DNA of 63,296 nt, the filler included. It is 11 parts of 11 records of this genome, joined end to end, with 100 filler letters (N's around TTAATTAATTAA, not from the genome) between each part and the next. Parts side by side here need not be neighbours in the genome. Positions count along the whole stretch, not along the records: positions 5,230 to 12,014 come from SRR31147125_124271; positions 12,115 to 17,771 come from SRR31147125_124428; positions 17,872 to 23,268 come from SRR31147125_124481; 8 more parts are not named here. The stretch is one strand, 5' to 3'. The notes beneath the pieces were generated by a model, which was not told the origin of the DNA, did no database searches, and saw nothing but the letters and a program-made list of their open reading frames with translations. This document shows positions 10,514 through 20,016 of the stretch, piece by piece. Position 1 is the stretch's first letter, and every line of letters begins with the position of its first letter. The translations under genes and the position numbers were made by a program.

Positions 10514-11205
10514 GCGATACCGAGTATCGAGAATAGCCCATCCCAGTCACGAACCTCCCAGGTGGGACTGATATCCGTGGGGTTCGCCTTCCCTTCGGGA
10601 TTGTACCAGCAGGTGTCGATACCGTAGCCGTTACCGCCGGCGATATCGGAACTCAGTGAATCGCCGATGACAATCATCCGGGATGTATCGCAGAAACCGA
10701 TGCGCTCAACCATGTGGTCGAAGAATCCGGCAGCCGGCTTGGCCACACCGGCCTCCTCGGAAATGACGATCTGATCGAACATGCCGGTAATGCCGGCGTC
10801 ATTCAACCGGCCATACTGGGTATCCTTGATACCGTTGGTGATGATCACCTTTTTCCTGTCGGCGGGCAGAGCTTCGAGCATCTCACGGGCGCCGTCCATC
10901 ATATGACCGCTGCGTCCGAGTTCCTTCAGGTACCGGCTGCTGAATTCAAGGGCATCCATCGTCCAGCCGTATTCGTCGGCCAGCACGTCGAATCTCCGTA
11001 CTCTCAGTTCGGCGGAGGTGATTTCACCTTTCTCCAGCATGGCCCAGAAACCGGAGTTGATCCGATGGTAATCCGCACGGATTCTGTCGCTGATGTCATA
11101 ACCGAAGGATTCCACCGCTTTCTGCAGGGCGCTGTGTTCGGCGGCGACGTAGTCCAACAGCGTACCGTCGGCATCGAAGAGAAGCCATTCGTAGGTATTG
11201 CTCAT
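10510..11205 (-). CDS. yjjG: YjjG-family noncanonical pyrimidine nucleotidase (HAD)
   Basis: LLFDADGTLLD, IITNG, SEEAGVAKP, IGDSLSSDIAGG..GIDTCWYNP. Confidence 0.85.
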   Translation of the reverse strand: MSNTYEWLLFDADGTLLDYVAAEHSALQKAVESFGYDISDRIRADYHRINSGFWAMLEKGEITSAELRVRRFDVLADEYGWTMDALEFSSRYLKELGRSGHMMDGAREMLEALPADRKKVIITNGIKDTQYGRLNDAGITGMFDQIVISEEAGVAKPAAGFFDHMVERIGFCDTSRMIVIGDSLSSDIAGGNGYGIDTCWYNPEGKANPTDISPTWEVRDWDGLFSILGIA

Positions 11206-11415
11206 GAAAGGATTCTATCCCCTATCGCAGCGGCGATGCCACGCCGGCGGGTACGCATCCGTTTCCGTTCATCCAGTCAGCTTCTCGTGATAAAAGGATA
11301 TCCAGACCAACGGTGAGTGGGGATTCGGGAAATCGGGCTCCTCTCTGCCGAGGAGCAGGGCCTGCCGTCCTGCTGCGGGAATCATCTCTGGTTATAGAGA
11401 ATAGGCCGGGGCGTA

Positions 11416-12014
11416 TCAGTAGCCGGAGGTGAAATCCACGATATCCAGCGGCTTTCCGGTCTCTATCAGAGCGATGATATTGCGGACCGTTCCGGCCATC
11501 TGACCGCCCTTCCCTTCCGGGGCATGACTACCGGCATGAGGTGAGAGCACCACGTTTTCCAACTCATGGAAGGGATACTCTGACGGCAGCCTGTCGGTAT
11601 GGAAAGGTTCGGGATATCGGTGCCAGACATCCAGGGCGGCACCGGCGATTTCTCCGCGCTTCAATGACTCATACAGCGCCTTCTCGTCAACGATGGGTCC
11701 CCGGGCCACGTTGACCAGCCGGCTTGATTCAAGAAGAGAGAGTTCCTTCGGACCGATCAGCCCCCGGGTGTCTTCAGTGAGCGGAAGGGCGATGAAGCAG
11801 ATATCGCATTCAGCCAGAGCTTCGGCGAGGGATTCGGCTGTTCCGTCGAAGCCCTCCGGAAGACCGGATTCCGGCTGTCGCCGCCAGCCGACGATACGGC
11901 AGCCGAAGGGCCGAAGCAGAGCGGCGATGCCCCGGCCGATGGCACCGGTGCCGAGAACCAGAATGTTCTTTCCCTGCAGGGATTCCCAGAACTGGAAGGA
12001 TTCTCCTGTCCGTG
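11416..12014 (-). CDS. D-isomer-specific 2-hydroxyacid dehydrogenase (5' truncated)
   Basis: Frame open to the contig edge: LQGKNILVLGTGAIG, ALPLTEDTRGLIG, LVNVARGPIVDE, AALDVW, VVLSPHAG. Confidence 0.9.
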
Positions 12015-12159
12015 NNNNNNNNNNNNNNNNNNNNNNNNNNNNNNNNNNNNNNNNNNNNTTAATTAATTAANNNNNNNNNNNNNNNNNNNNNNNNNNNNNN
12101 NNNNNNNNNNNNNNTTTTTGGTCGAAATCTTCCATCCGATAAAAAAGGAGTCCAACCCC

Positions 12160-13770
12160 ATGATCGATCGAAGCAGACGCATTGAACGGGAGCTGGTACC
12201 GCTGGAGCAGTTGCAGGCCCTCAAAGGCAAACAAATAGCGTTTGAGAGCATTTCCGAGATGCTGGTGGCCCGTGCCGGTGAAGTGCCGGACACACCGCTG
12301 GCATTCTATTACGACGAGGTGGTTACCTACGCCCAAACCAACCGGCGGGCCAACCGGGTGGCCAATTTTCTCAAAGAGAAGGGGGTCGCAAAGGGCGATA
12401 TCGTCTCCACCATGGTGCTCAACGCGCCCGAGATTTTCTACACCATGTTCGGCACCCAGAAGCTGGGGGCCATTGCCGGAGCGATCAATTACATGCTCAA
12501 AGGCCCTGAAATCGCTTACGTCCTCGATGATTCCAAACCCAAGGTGGTCTTTGTGGGCAGCGACTACATGGCCGACTTTGCGGTGGGCATCGGCATGTCC
12601 GAGCACCAACCGATAGTGGTCGAGGTGGTGACCGAGGTCGAGCACCAAGCCGACATTGCCCAATGCACTTTGGAAGAAATTCTCAACCGCTACTCGGCGG
12701 ATGAGTGCCTGGTGCCCCAGTCACTCGACGAACCCACCATGCTGCTCTACTCGTCGGGCACCACCGGTATGCCCAAGGGGATCTTGCTCTCCAGCCGCAA
12801 CGAACTGGCCGTCTGCAAAGGCAAGGCGGTGCTTGGGGTCAGCGAGCCGGAGGATGTGATGATGATCATTCTCCCCATGTTTCACACCAACCCCCTGTGC
12901 GTCTGGACCTATTCCACGATCTTCATGGGATCGACCCTCTGCATTCGCAGTAAATTTTCACCCGACGACTTCTGGCCCTCGATCATGCGCTACGGCGTCA
13001 CCACGGTCCAGGGGGTGCCGGCCATGTATGACTATGTATACCGGGCGGCCGATCCCGATACCATCGATTACAGTCGGCTGAAGCTTAGATTGGCCTATAC
13101 TGGGGCGGCACCGATGCCTGTCAGTTTGATCAACGCCTTCAAAGATAAGTTCAATGTCGAGGTGATCGACGGCTACGGCTTGACCGAAGGGTGCGGCGTC
13201 TCCGTTACCGGTTCCACTGTTCCGCGCAAAGAGGGCAGTATCGGCATACCCTTTCCGGGATTGCAGATCGAGATCATGGATGGCGACAACAACATCCTGC
13301 CCTACGGAGAGAAGGGGGAGATCTGCGTTCGCGGCGACGCCGTCATGCTCGGCTATCTGAACAAGCCCGAGGCAACGGCCGAAAGCCTCAAGGAGGGCTG
13401 GCTGCACACCGGAGACGTGGGCTACATGGACGAGGAGGGCTATGTTTATATCTCGGGCCGCATCAAAGAGATGATCAACCGCGGGGGAGAGAATATCTAC
13501 CCGCGCGAGATCGAGATCCCCCTGGAGAAGCACCCCAAAATCGCCGAGGTGGCGGTGGTGGGAATGCCTGATCCGGCATTGGGCGAGCGGGTGCGGGCGT
13601 GCATCGTCCTCAATGAGCCGGGCAGCATGACAGCAGAGGAGGTAACCGGCTATCTGCAGGACAAATTGGCAAAGTACAAAATTCCCGAGAAGGTCGATTT
13701 CATGGCGGATTTTCCCCGCAATCCGACCGGTAAGATTTTGAAACATCAATTGAAAGCAGTGGAGAATTGA
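12160..13770 (+). CDS. Long-chain acyl-CoA synthetase / AMP-binding enzyme
   Basis: YSSGTTGMPKG, GYGLTE, WLHTGD, GRIKEMINRGGENIYP, PRNPTGKILK; AAGGAG RBS before ATG 12160. Confidence 0.93.
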   Translation: MIDRSRRIERELVPLEQLQALKGKQIAFESISEMLVARAGEVPDTPLAFYYDEVVTYAQTNRRANRVANFLKEKGVAKGDIVSTMVLNAPEIFYTMFGTQKLGAIAGAINYMLKGPEIAYVLDDSKPKVVFVGSDYMADFAVGIGMSEHQPIVVEVVTEVEHQADIAQCTLEEILNRYSADECLVPQSLDEPTMLLYSSGTTGMPKGILLSSRNELAVCKGKAVLGVSEPEDVMMIILPMFHTNPLCVWTYSTIFMGSTLCIRSKFSPDDFWPSIMRYGVTTVQGVPAMYDYVYRAADPDTIDYSRLKLRLAYTGAAPMPVSLINAFKDKFNVEVIDGYGLTEGCGVSVTGSTVPRKEGSIGIPFPGLQIEIMDGDNNILPYGEKGEICVRGDAVMLGYLNKPEATAESLKEGWLHTGDVGYMDEEGYVYISGRIKEMINRGGENIYPREIEIPLEKHPKIAEVAVVGMPDPALGERVRACIVLNEPGSMTAEEVTGYLQDKLAKYKIPEKVDFMADFPRNPTGKILKHQLKAVEN

Positions 13771-13798
13771 AATTGCCCATTGTTCATTTGGAGAAGAC

Positions 13799-14341
13799 GT
13801 GAGAACTTTTGACCCGTTCAGCGATCGTTTGGCACGTGATCTTCGCAACGATCTCTCCTCGGCCCTCGTAGAGCAGTTGACGGGGAAAGACTCCGATGCC
13901 ATCACCCGTCAGACGGAACTTTGGCGGGCAAAAGGCCTGGCATCGGTATACGCGACGTTCATGGACCAGCGTTTGAAATCATACCGGGCCGTACAGGCAG
14001 AGATAGAGCGCGCCGGACACACCGACCCAAGGCATCAGGCCGTCATTTTGTGGAATGCGGGCCTCTTCTTTGAGCTGCATGAGCTGCTCGAAACCATCTG
14101 GCACCGAGCGAAGGGCCCTGAGCGGACAGCCCTGAAAGGGATGATTCAGGCGGCCGGCGCCTTCGTCCACAACCTGCGTGGAAAATCGAAGGCGGCCGGC
14201 GGCTTGGCGCAAAGGGCACGACAACACTTGCAAGAGGGGGCCGATGCCCTCGGATACATTGCCAACCTCGATCGGCTTATCGATGATTTGGAGCAGTTAC
14301 CCCATGAGCCGACTCGACTCATCCTCAATCTCGCTTGTTGA
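13799..14341 (+). CDS. DUF309-like putative metal-dependent hydrolase
   Basis: LWNAGLFFELHELLETIW...LKGMIQAAGAFVH motif. Confidence 0.8.
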   Translation: MRTFDPFSDRLARDLRNDLSSALVEQLTGKDSDAITRQTELWRAKGLASVYATFMDQRLKSYRAVQAEIERAGHTDPRHQAVILWNAGLFFELHELLETIWHRAKGPERTALKGMIQAAGAFVHNLRGKSKAAGGLAQRARQHLQEGADALGYIANLDRLIDDLEQLPHEPTRLILNLAC

Positions 14342-14401
14342 AGTGGGGGTGCAGCCGGCATGGCGAACGTATCAGCCAAAACAGACCATAGGAGGCGCAC
14401 C

Positions 14402-14617
14402 ATGACAGACCGGACGGTTATTTACGGAAAGGCTGGGTGACCTTACACATCCAAGGCCCGTGAGGCACTCAAAGACCATGACTATGTCGATGTGCGACAG
14501 AATTCGAGCAATATGGAGAAGATGCTCGAGGCCTCGAACGGAGCGCGCAAGGTTCCGGTGATCGTACAGGACGGCAAGGTGACCATCGGATTCGGCGGAG
14601 GCTCCTGAGGGGTTTAG
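14402..14617 (+). CDS. Glutaredoxin-like selenoprotein with two Sec (UXX-star type), missed by the ORF track
   Basis: GGAGG RBS at 14391; translates MTDRTVIYGKAG-U-PYTSKAREALKDHDYVDVRQNSSNMEKMLEASNGARKVPVIVQDGKVTIGFGGGS-U-GV*; TGA at 14438 and 14606; Grx features UPYT, VP and IGF. Confidence 0.88.
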
Positions 14618-15174
14618 CGTCGGCCGGTCAGGTCGACATTGGGTTTGCGATCGATTCGGCGGTTGCGAAAGGGGAATTCTCTTTTGGCGCGATCGTTGAA
14701 ATAGTATCGCAGCGTCTTTTCGATGGCGCGAAACGCGATGGCATCCCAGGGGATCTCATCTTCGGCGAAGAGTGCCACCTCGGAACTCTCGTAGGTGGTG
14801 TGAAACCGGGGGGCTTTCATTCGTGCCCTGAACATCAGGTATATTTGACCGATGTATACGATATCGATCATCAGGTAGGTGTGCAGATCGGTGACCGTGG
14901 CGCCGGACTCTTCGAAGGTCTCTCGGATGGCACCGTCCTTGACGCTCTCTCCGTTTTCAAGAAAGCCGGCCGGCAAGGTCCATAGCCCTTTCTGGGGCTC
15001 GATGTCCCGGCGGCACAGCAGAATTTTATCCTCCCACTCGGGAATGCAGCCGACCACCATCTTGGGGTTCTCATAGTGGATGCGGCCGCAGGCATCGCAT
15101 CCATATCGTTGCCGGTCATCGCCTTCAGGGACCCTCAGCGTCAGCGGTGCGCCACAATTCGAGCAGAAGTTCAT
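14614..15174 (-). CDS. Nudix hydrolase with N-terminal zinc ribbon
   Basis: FCSNCG..CDACG..HYENP; Nudix box PAGFLENGESVKDGAIRETFEESG. Confidence 0.92.
   Translation of the reverse strand: MNFCSNCGAPLTLRVPEGDDRQRYGCDACGRIHYENPKMVVGCIPEWEDKILLCRRDIEPQKGLWTLPAGFLENGESVKDGAIRETFEESGATVTDLHTYLMIDIVYIGQIYLMFRARMKAPRFHTTYESSEVALFAEDEIPWDAIAFRAIEKTLRYYFNDRAKREFPFRNRRIDRKPNVDLTGRR
14619..14637 (+). promoter_or_regulatory. SECIS-like hairpin for the second UGA (14606)
   Basis: GTCGGCC-GGTCA-GGTCGAC: 7-bp stem (one G-U) starting at +11 after UGA, GGU loop as in the E. coli fdhF-type SECIS. Confidence 0.6.
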
Positions 15175-15177
15175 CGG

Positions 15178-15864
15178 TCATATCTCCATACGCGTAATCG
15201 AAATCCGGCCGCCAAAGCAGATATCGACGTCACTGCCCGCACTTCGCGGCCGGTCGTGGATGACGCCCTCATAGTGATAGCTGTCCTTCTCTTTGCGATA
15301 ACGGTAGTTGTGCGGGTGTTTGTCCAGGGGACAGAACCGGTGCGCCACACTGCGGCCGACGGCGATGGAACTGGGTAGATTGATGTTCCAGAATTGTCCC
15401 TCCTTCAAAGGCTTGTTCAGGACGATAGGCAGTATCCTTGAAACATGTTCTGCCGTGGCCTGCCAGTCAAGGACCTGTTCCGGTCCGATATATTGCGAGA
15501 CGGCAACCGCTTTGACGCCCAAAATGGCAGCCTCCCTGGCAGCGGCGACAGTGCCGGACTGGTAAACATCCGAACCCAGGTTGGCGCCGGGATTCACGCC
15601 GGCCAGAACCCAGTCCGTATTGGGAACCAGTGACTTGATCGCCAGCCGGGCACAGTCCGCCGGTGCTCCGTTGACGACAAAATGGTTTGCATCCGCACCG
15701 ATAGACACCTGGAGCGGTGTTTTCATGGTGACCTGGTGGCCGATTCCTGATTGCGGCGTGTCAGGGGCAACGATGGCCACTTGCCCCACCTCCCGGACCG
15801 CATCGGCAAGCACTGCCAGTCCCGGCTCTCCATAACCGTCATCGTTGGTAATGACAAAGTGCAA
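15178..15864 (-). CDS. surE: 5'/3'-nucleotidase SurE
   Basis: ITNDDG, VAP..QSG.GH, GAPADC, GVNPGANLG..VYQSGTVAAAREA. Confidence 0.93.
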   Translation of the reverse strand: MHFVITNDDGYGEPGLAVLADAVREVGQVAIVAPDTPQSGIGHQVTMKTPLQVSIGADANHFVVNGAPADCARLAIKSLVPNTDWVLAGVNPGANLGSDVYQSGTVAAAREAAILGVKAVAVSQYIGPEQVLDWQATAEHVSRILPIVLNKPLKEGQFWNINLPSSIAVGRSVAHRFCPLDKHPHNYRYRKEKDSYHYEGVIHDRPRSAGSDVDICFGGRISITRMEI

Positions 15865-16119
15865 TCCGTGTCCCTATGCTCCCCTATTCGATTTGACTTC
15901 AAAATGAGCGTTCGGCAAAAGATCTTCTTATAAAACAATCGGATTTATAAATGCAACCGGTGTGCGGAGGTGGTCGTAGCCGGTTCATTCGTTTCGATTG
16001 CGCTTGACGAAGCCGGGTACAAATAGGAATATGAGCCTGCTTTTTCAATAGAGTGGTAAATGCCTATCATTTAAACAGATATGGCGTCGCCCGATGCCTG
16101 CTCCCGGAGATCCAATTTT

Positions 16120-17007
16120 ATGAACTGGGCCAAATCGTGTTTCGTTTTCAGCAATGTTGTCTTCATCGCTTTTGTGTTGGTTGCAGCGCCCTGCGCCTTT
16201 GCATTCGAGCTGACCGTCGAGGAGGAGCGCCTATGGGTGTCCGCTGAGCGGGTGCCGCTGCGGGAGCTTTTATACCGTCTTTCAGACTTTGGCATTGTCA
16301 TTCGTATCGATCCGGCCATCAACCCTTACGTTACGGCCTCTTTCAAAAACAAGGATCTTGAAGAGGGGATCAAATCGATTTTGAGGCCGATGAATTCAGT
16401 CTTTATATGGCAACCCGCCCCAGCGGCGGATGACCGTCAGGCGACACCCAGTTACAGACTGGCCGCCGTTCAGATCTTCAAACCGGGGGAAAAGGACCGC
16501 ATGGTCGATCTGGACCGGGATAAGGACGAGGCTACCGAGCAGTTTCCGGAAGTTACCGAAGAGGGCGAGCGCGGCAGTGAGACCAGAGTAGTGATCAAAG
16601 GCAGCCGCATCTTCGTGCCGGTTGTGCTTGACAGTGGCGGGCGGAGGGTCGAGACTACCCTGCTGTTCGATACCGGTGCCAGTACGATCGTGTTGCACCA
16701 GAATGTGGCCGAAAATTTGGGGATCGACGACTATGTGCAGGCCAAAGGGCATGGTGTCGGCGGCGTCGAGATCGATGCCAAAGTGTCGCGCTTAAGCTCC
16801 GTTCGTGTCGGCCCCTATGAAAAGAAGGATTTGCGAGTGGCCATCGTCGAATACACAGGGCCGCCGGATATCCAATACAACGGCCTGCTGGGCATGAACT
16901 TCTTATGGGGCCTGAAGTACGAGATCGACGTTGACGATCAGGTGATTCGATGGGGCGGTTCCCCCGTCAACACGTCCCAAAAGCCAACCCCAAGCCAATC
17001 TCAATAG
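16120..17007 (+). CDS. Exported retropepsin-like aspartyl protease with N-terminal STN/secretin-N-like domain
   Basis: Signal peptide (..APCAFA), LLFDTGAS and GLLGMNFL clan AA motifs; start could be 16081. Confidence 0.8.
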   Translation: MNWAKSCFVFSNVVFIAFVLVAAPCAFAFELTVEEERLWVSAERVPLRELLYRLSDFGIVIRIDPAINPYVTASFKNKDLEEGIKSILRPMNSVFIWQPAPAADDRQATPSYRLAAVQIFKPGEKDRMVDLDRDKDEATEQFPEVTEEGERGSETRVVIKGSRIFVPVVLDSGGRRVETTLLFDTGASTIVLHQNVAENLGIDDYVQAKGHGVGGVEIDAKVSRLSSVRVGPYEKKDLRVAIVEYTGPPDIQYNGLLGMNFLWGLKYEIDVDDQVIRWGGSPVNTSQKPTPSQSQ

Positions 17008-17120
17008 GGCATCACACAAGCAAAATAGCAGGCCGGCTATTAGCAAGTATTCGAAATGATCGCCATCCCGACTCGTATCTGTATGTAGATATGGTGACCC
17101 GAAAGTTCAGGTCGTAATCC

Positions 17121-17312
17121 TTATTGGCTGTCGACGCCAAACAGCGCCATGGTCTCTTTAACGATCTCCACGGCGCATGCCTGATCACCTTCCCAGCCAA
17201 TGCGCCCACCCTCGAGCGAGAAGCGAACGCCGCAGTCGTATTTATTGGCCACACTGTTGAGTATTTTCCGCCAGATCTCTCCATTCCAAGTGGTGGTGTG
17301 TGTTGCGATCAT
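17121..17312 (-). CDS. Small hypothetical protein (63 aa)
   Basis: GAGG RBS, sigma54-like promoter just upstream, protein-like composition. Confidence 0.55.
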   Translation of the reverse strand: MIATHTTTWNGEIWRKILNSVANKYDCGVRFSLEGGRIGWEGDQACAVEIVKETMALFGVDSQ

Positions 17313-17357
17313 TTTTCAACCTCGTTCGTAATTTGTATTTAATCTGGTCCATATGAT

Positions 17358-17373
17358 ATCAAATTGTATGCCA
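17358..17373 (-). promoter_or_regulatory. Possible sigma54 promoter for the 63-aa ORF
   Basis: Minus strand TGGCATACAATTTGAT (-12 element GA rather than GC). Confidence 0.4.
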
Positions 17374-17741
17374 ACAACTCATTATTTTGTTAATGGTTCG
17401 TTATTTATATAGATTTTATTTTTAAAGGATTCGGTCGTGGAGGGTTAAAAATACAAAAAAGTATGAAACTGCTTTGTTGTAGACAATTTTGTATTATTGG
17501 GTGCGCGTTTCCTGCCGATCTCATCGATACTCTTCCCCGATTGCAGGGAAACGGTTCGTCACGGTGCCGGGAGATTCTCCCATGGACCTTTTCTATAAAG
17601 CCCTATTTCAATCACTTCTTAGTGAAGGCTAATGCATGTTTTTCTAAGGGGTACTTGTGCTTAGCCGGTGATATCACTATACTGATAGAAGTATTGCGTA
17701 ATATATTGATAATTCATGAAAGTATAAAAAAGAAAGGTATT

Positions 17742-17771
17742 ATGGCAGAAATCAAGAGCACACTGGACCTG
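17742..17771 (+). CDS. 5' end of a DUF6657-like protein (truncated)
   Basis: MAEIKSTLDL after AAAGGT RBS; only 10 codons visible. Confidence 0.4.
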
Positions 17772-17871
17772 NNNNNNNNNNNNNNNNNNNNNNNNNNNNN
17801 NNNNNNNNNNNNNNNTTAATTAATTAANNNNNNNNNNNNNNNNNNNNNNNNNNNNNNNNNNNNNNNNNNNN

Positions 17872-18016
17872 GACAAGTATCAACACACAACCGACAACCA
17901 TCCAGGCAACGGGTTTTATCAATCTGTCCATTTTCCGTATCAGTTGCCCCGGTCGGGCAGATAAACAGACAGACACAATCTTTGGAACATAATCGAATAT
18001 TTCTTGCTGCAAACAC
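17872..18016 (-). CDS. 4Fe-4S ferredoxin-domain protein (3' truncated)
   Basis: GGAGGT RBS plus GTG; RNIRLCSKDCVCLFICPTGATD...CLDGCRLCVDTC. Confidence 0.8.
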
Positions 18017-18027
18017 TTCGGCACCTC

Positions 18028-18465
18028 CTAGGATATTCCCGAAAATCGATGTTTCGGCGCTTTGCAAATGGGACAAATATCGGGGGCATCGGAACCAAGG
18101 AAGACGAATCCGCAGGCTTCACACAGATATACGCCCTTGCCATCCAGCAGTTTCTCACCCTGCATGATGTAGCGGTCTACCAGCGATTTCTGAATAGCCG
18201 TCACTTTCTTCCCCCAAGTCACAGCTCTAAGAGCACCTCTGTCACCCTGCTGTTTGGCTATACTCTCAACAGCCGGATATCCATTTCCGATATCATCAGT
18301 TATTAACTCTTTCACATCGGCAAACGATTGCGATCCGCTGCCTGTTTCGTACAGTTCCTGAGCCAATGTGTTCAACTGTTCAGATTCAACACCTCTCAGC
18401 TGTTTTTCTGAAGCTTTTGCCAGATTTGATAATACGACGGCATCCGTATGCTCTGGTATTCGCAT
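18028..18465 (-). CDS. Rubrerythrin-like helical domain plus C-terminal rubredoxin-like domain
   Basis: C-terminal YLCEACGFV..APDICPICKAPK..F; GGAGG RBS. Confidence 0.8.
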   Translation of the reverse strand: MRIPEHTDAVVLSNLAKASEKQLRGVESEQLNTLAQELYETGSGSQSFADVKELITDDIGNGYPAVESIAKQQGDRGALRAVTWGKKVTAIQKSLVDRYIMQGEKLLDGKGVYLCEACGFVFLGSDAPDICPICKAPKHRFSGIS

Positions 18466-18622
18466 ATATCCTCCTCATCCAGTTGATCTATCCTGAATAC
18501 TTGGTAGTATACATCAATTTTTGACTAAAATTCCCGTCACACCCGCAAAAAAACCAATTATTCATGTTATGATGTCATGGTGAATCAAGTATTTGATTAC
18601 TATATCCGGGAGGTTGAAACGC

Positions 18623-19945
18623 ATGAGCGGCAATGAACCACAGAAAACTAGCATGAAAGGTTACTATTCCATAACATTTCTCATAGGACTCGGTTTTTTC
18701 ACGATGGGGCTGATGGACCCGCTTTACGATACCTATGTTCCGATTTTTCTCAGCAAGTTCATAGATTCAAAAGGGGTCATCGGATTAATAATGACCTTGG
18801 ATAATATCTTTGCGATATTTTTAATCCCTATCGTTTCGGCAATTTCAGACCGTACCAGAACAAGAATCGGACGTCGAATGCCATTTATCATCACCACCCT
18901 CCCACTTACAGCTATAGCTTTCGGTATTATTCCGTTCACCGCGCTTAACACCCTGGCAGCTCTGGTCGTTTCAATCTTTCTCCTGAATGTCTTCAAACAG
19001 GCCGCACGAGGACCTGTTGTGGCCCTTATGCCGGATATCATTCCCGGCGAACTGCGGTCGGAAGCCAATGGAGTCATAAACACTATGGGCGGCATAGCCT
19101 CCATAGTCGGGACAATTGGACTGGCCCAGCTGATGAATGTGGCAATCAATCTGCCTGGACGCGGTCCGACAAAAGACATACTGGCCTTTCCTATTGCCGG
19201 TGTTCTGGTACTGCTCTCCACTCTGCTGCTGTTTCTTTTTGTTAAGGAGAAACGGGGAAAACCGGCCGATAAAGAGGATGAGAAAAAGGTGAAAATCGGT
19301 GAATCCCTGCGCATGATAGCCGGATCAACCGACAAAAGCGCCCTCTGGATTCTGCTGTCACTGCTCTTCTGGTTCATCGGCTATCAGGGTGTACTGCCGT
19401 TTATCGGCCTCTATTCGACGAACATACTGGAAACATCGTCCGGTACAGCCGCACTGGCCGCCGGTATGGTTGGTATCGCGTATGCCATTTTCGCTATTCC
19501 TTCGGGTATTGTTGCTCATAAGCGGGGACGGAAACTGACTATACGAACCGCGCTTCTGCTGCTTACCGGAATTCTGATTCTGGTATTTCTGCACGATCCA
19601 ATTACACAAGCTCTCGGATTCAGCGTATTCATGCGTCAGATTTCGTTCTGGATTCTCATGTTCTTCTTCGGAATGTTCTGGGTATCGATCATCACCAATT
19701 CATTCCCCATGTTGTGGCAGATGGCGACTTACAGCGATATGGGAATATATACCGGACTCTACTACTTTTTCTCACAGCTGGCATCCATCATTGCTCCGCC
19801 GATTACGGGCGGTATAATTGACTTGATGGGATTCCGCTCCATATTCCTGTTCGCGGCAATATGTATGGTTATCGCCTACTTCTTTATGGGCCGTGTGAAA
19901 CGCGGAGAAGCAGATGAAACACAAAAAGAGAGTGTTACGGAGTGA
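18623..19945 (+). CDS. MFS sugar (maltose/sucrose GPH-like) transporter
   Basis: About 12 hydrophobic segments, SDRTRTRIGRRMPFI, ALMPDI; GGAGG RBS before ATG 18623. Confidence 0.9.
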   Translation: MSGNEPQKTSMKGYYSITFLIGLGFFTMGLMDPLYDTYVPIFLSKFIDSKGVIGLIMTLDNIFAIFLIPIVSAISDRTRTRIGRRMPFIITTLPLTAIAFGIIPFTALNTLAALVVSIFLLNVFKQAARGPVVALMPDIIPGELRSEANGVINTMGGIASIVGTIGLAQLMNVAINLPGRGPTKDILAFPIAGVLVLLSTLLLFLFVKEKRGKPADKEDEKKVKIGESLRMIAGSTDKSALWILLSLLFWFIGYQGVLPFIGLYSTNILETSSGTAALAAGMVGIAYAIFAIPSGIVAHKRGRKLTIRTALLLLTGILILVFLHDPITQALGFSVFMRQISFWILMFFFGMFWVSIITNSFPMLWQMATYSDMGIYTGLYYFFSQLASIIAPPITGGIIDLMGFRSIFLFAAICMVIAYFFMGRVKRGEADETQKESVTE

Positions 19946-20016
19946 CAATCAGGCGTTTTATAGAGAAAAAACAGTTTTTCATGGAACAAGAACGTGTTTT
20001 GATTTAATATAGATAT

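Noticed and set aside
11261-11293. Minus-strand TTATCACGAGAAGCTGACTGGATGAA resembling a SAM-I riboswitch start
   Set aside because: Lacks the GAGGGA/GGCCC P2 core, GCAACC and the closing GATAA; the downstream gene (yjjG) is not Met/SAM related.
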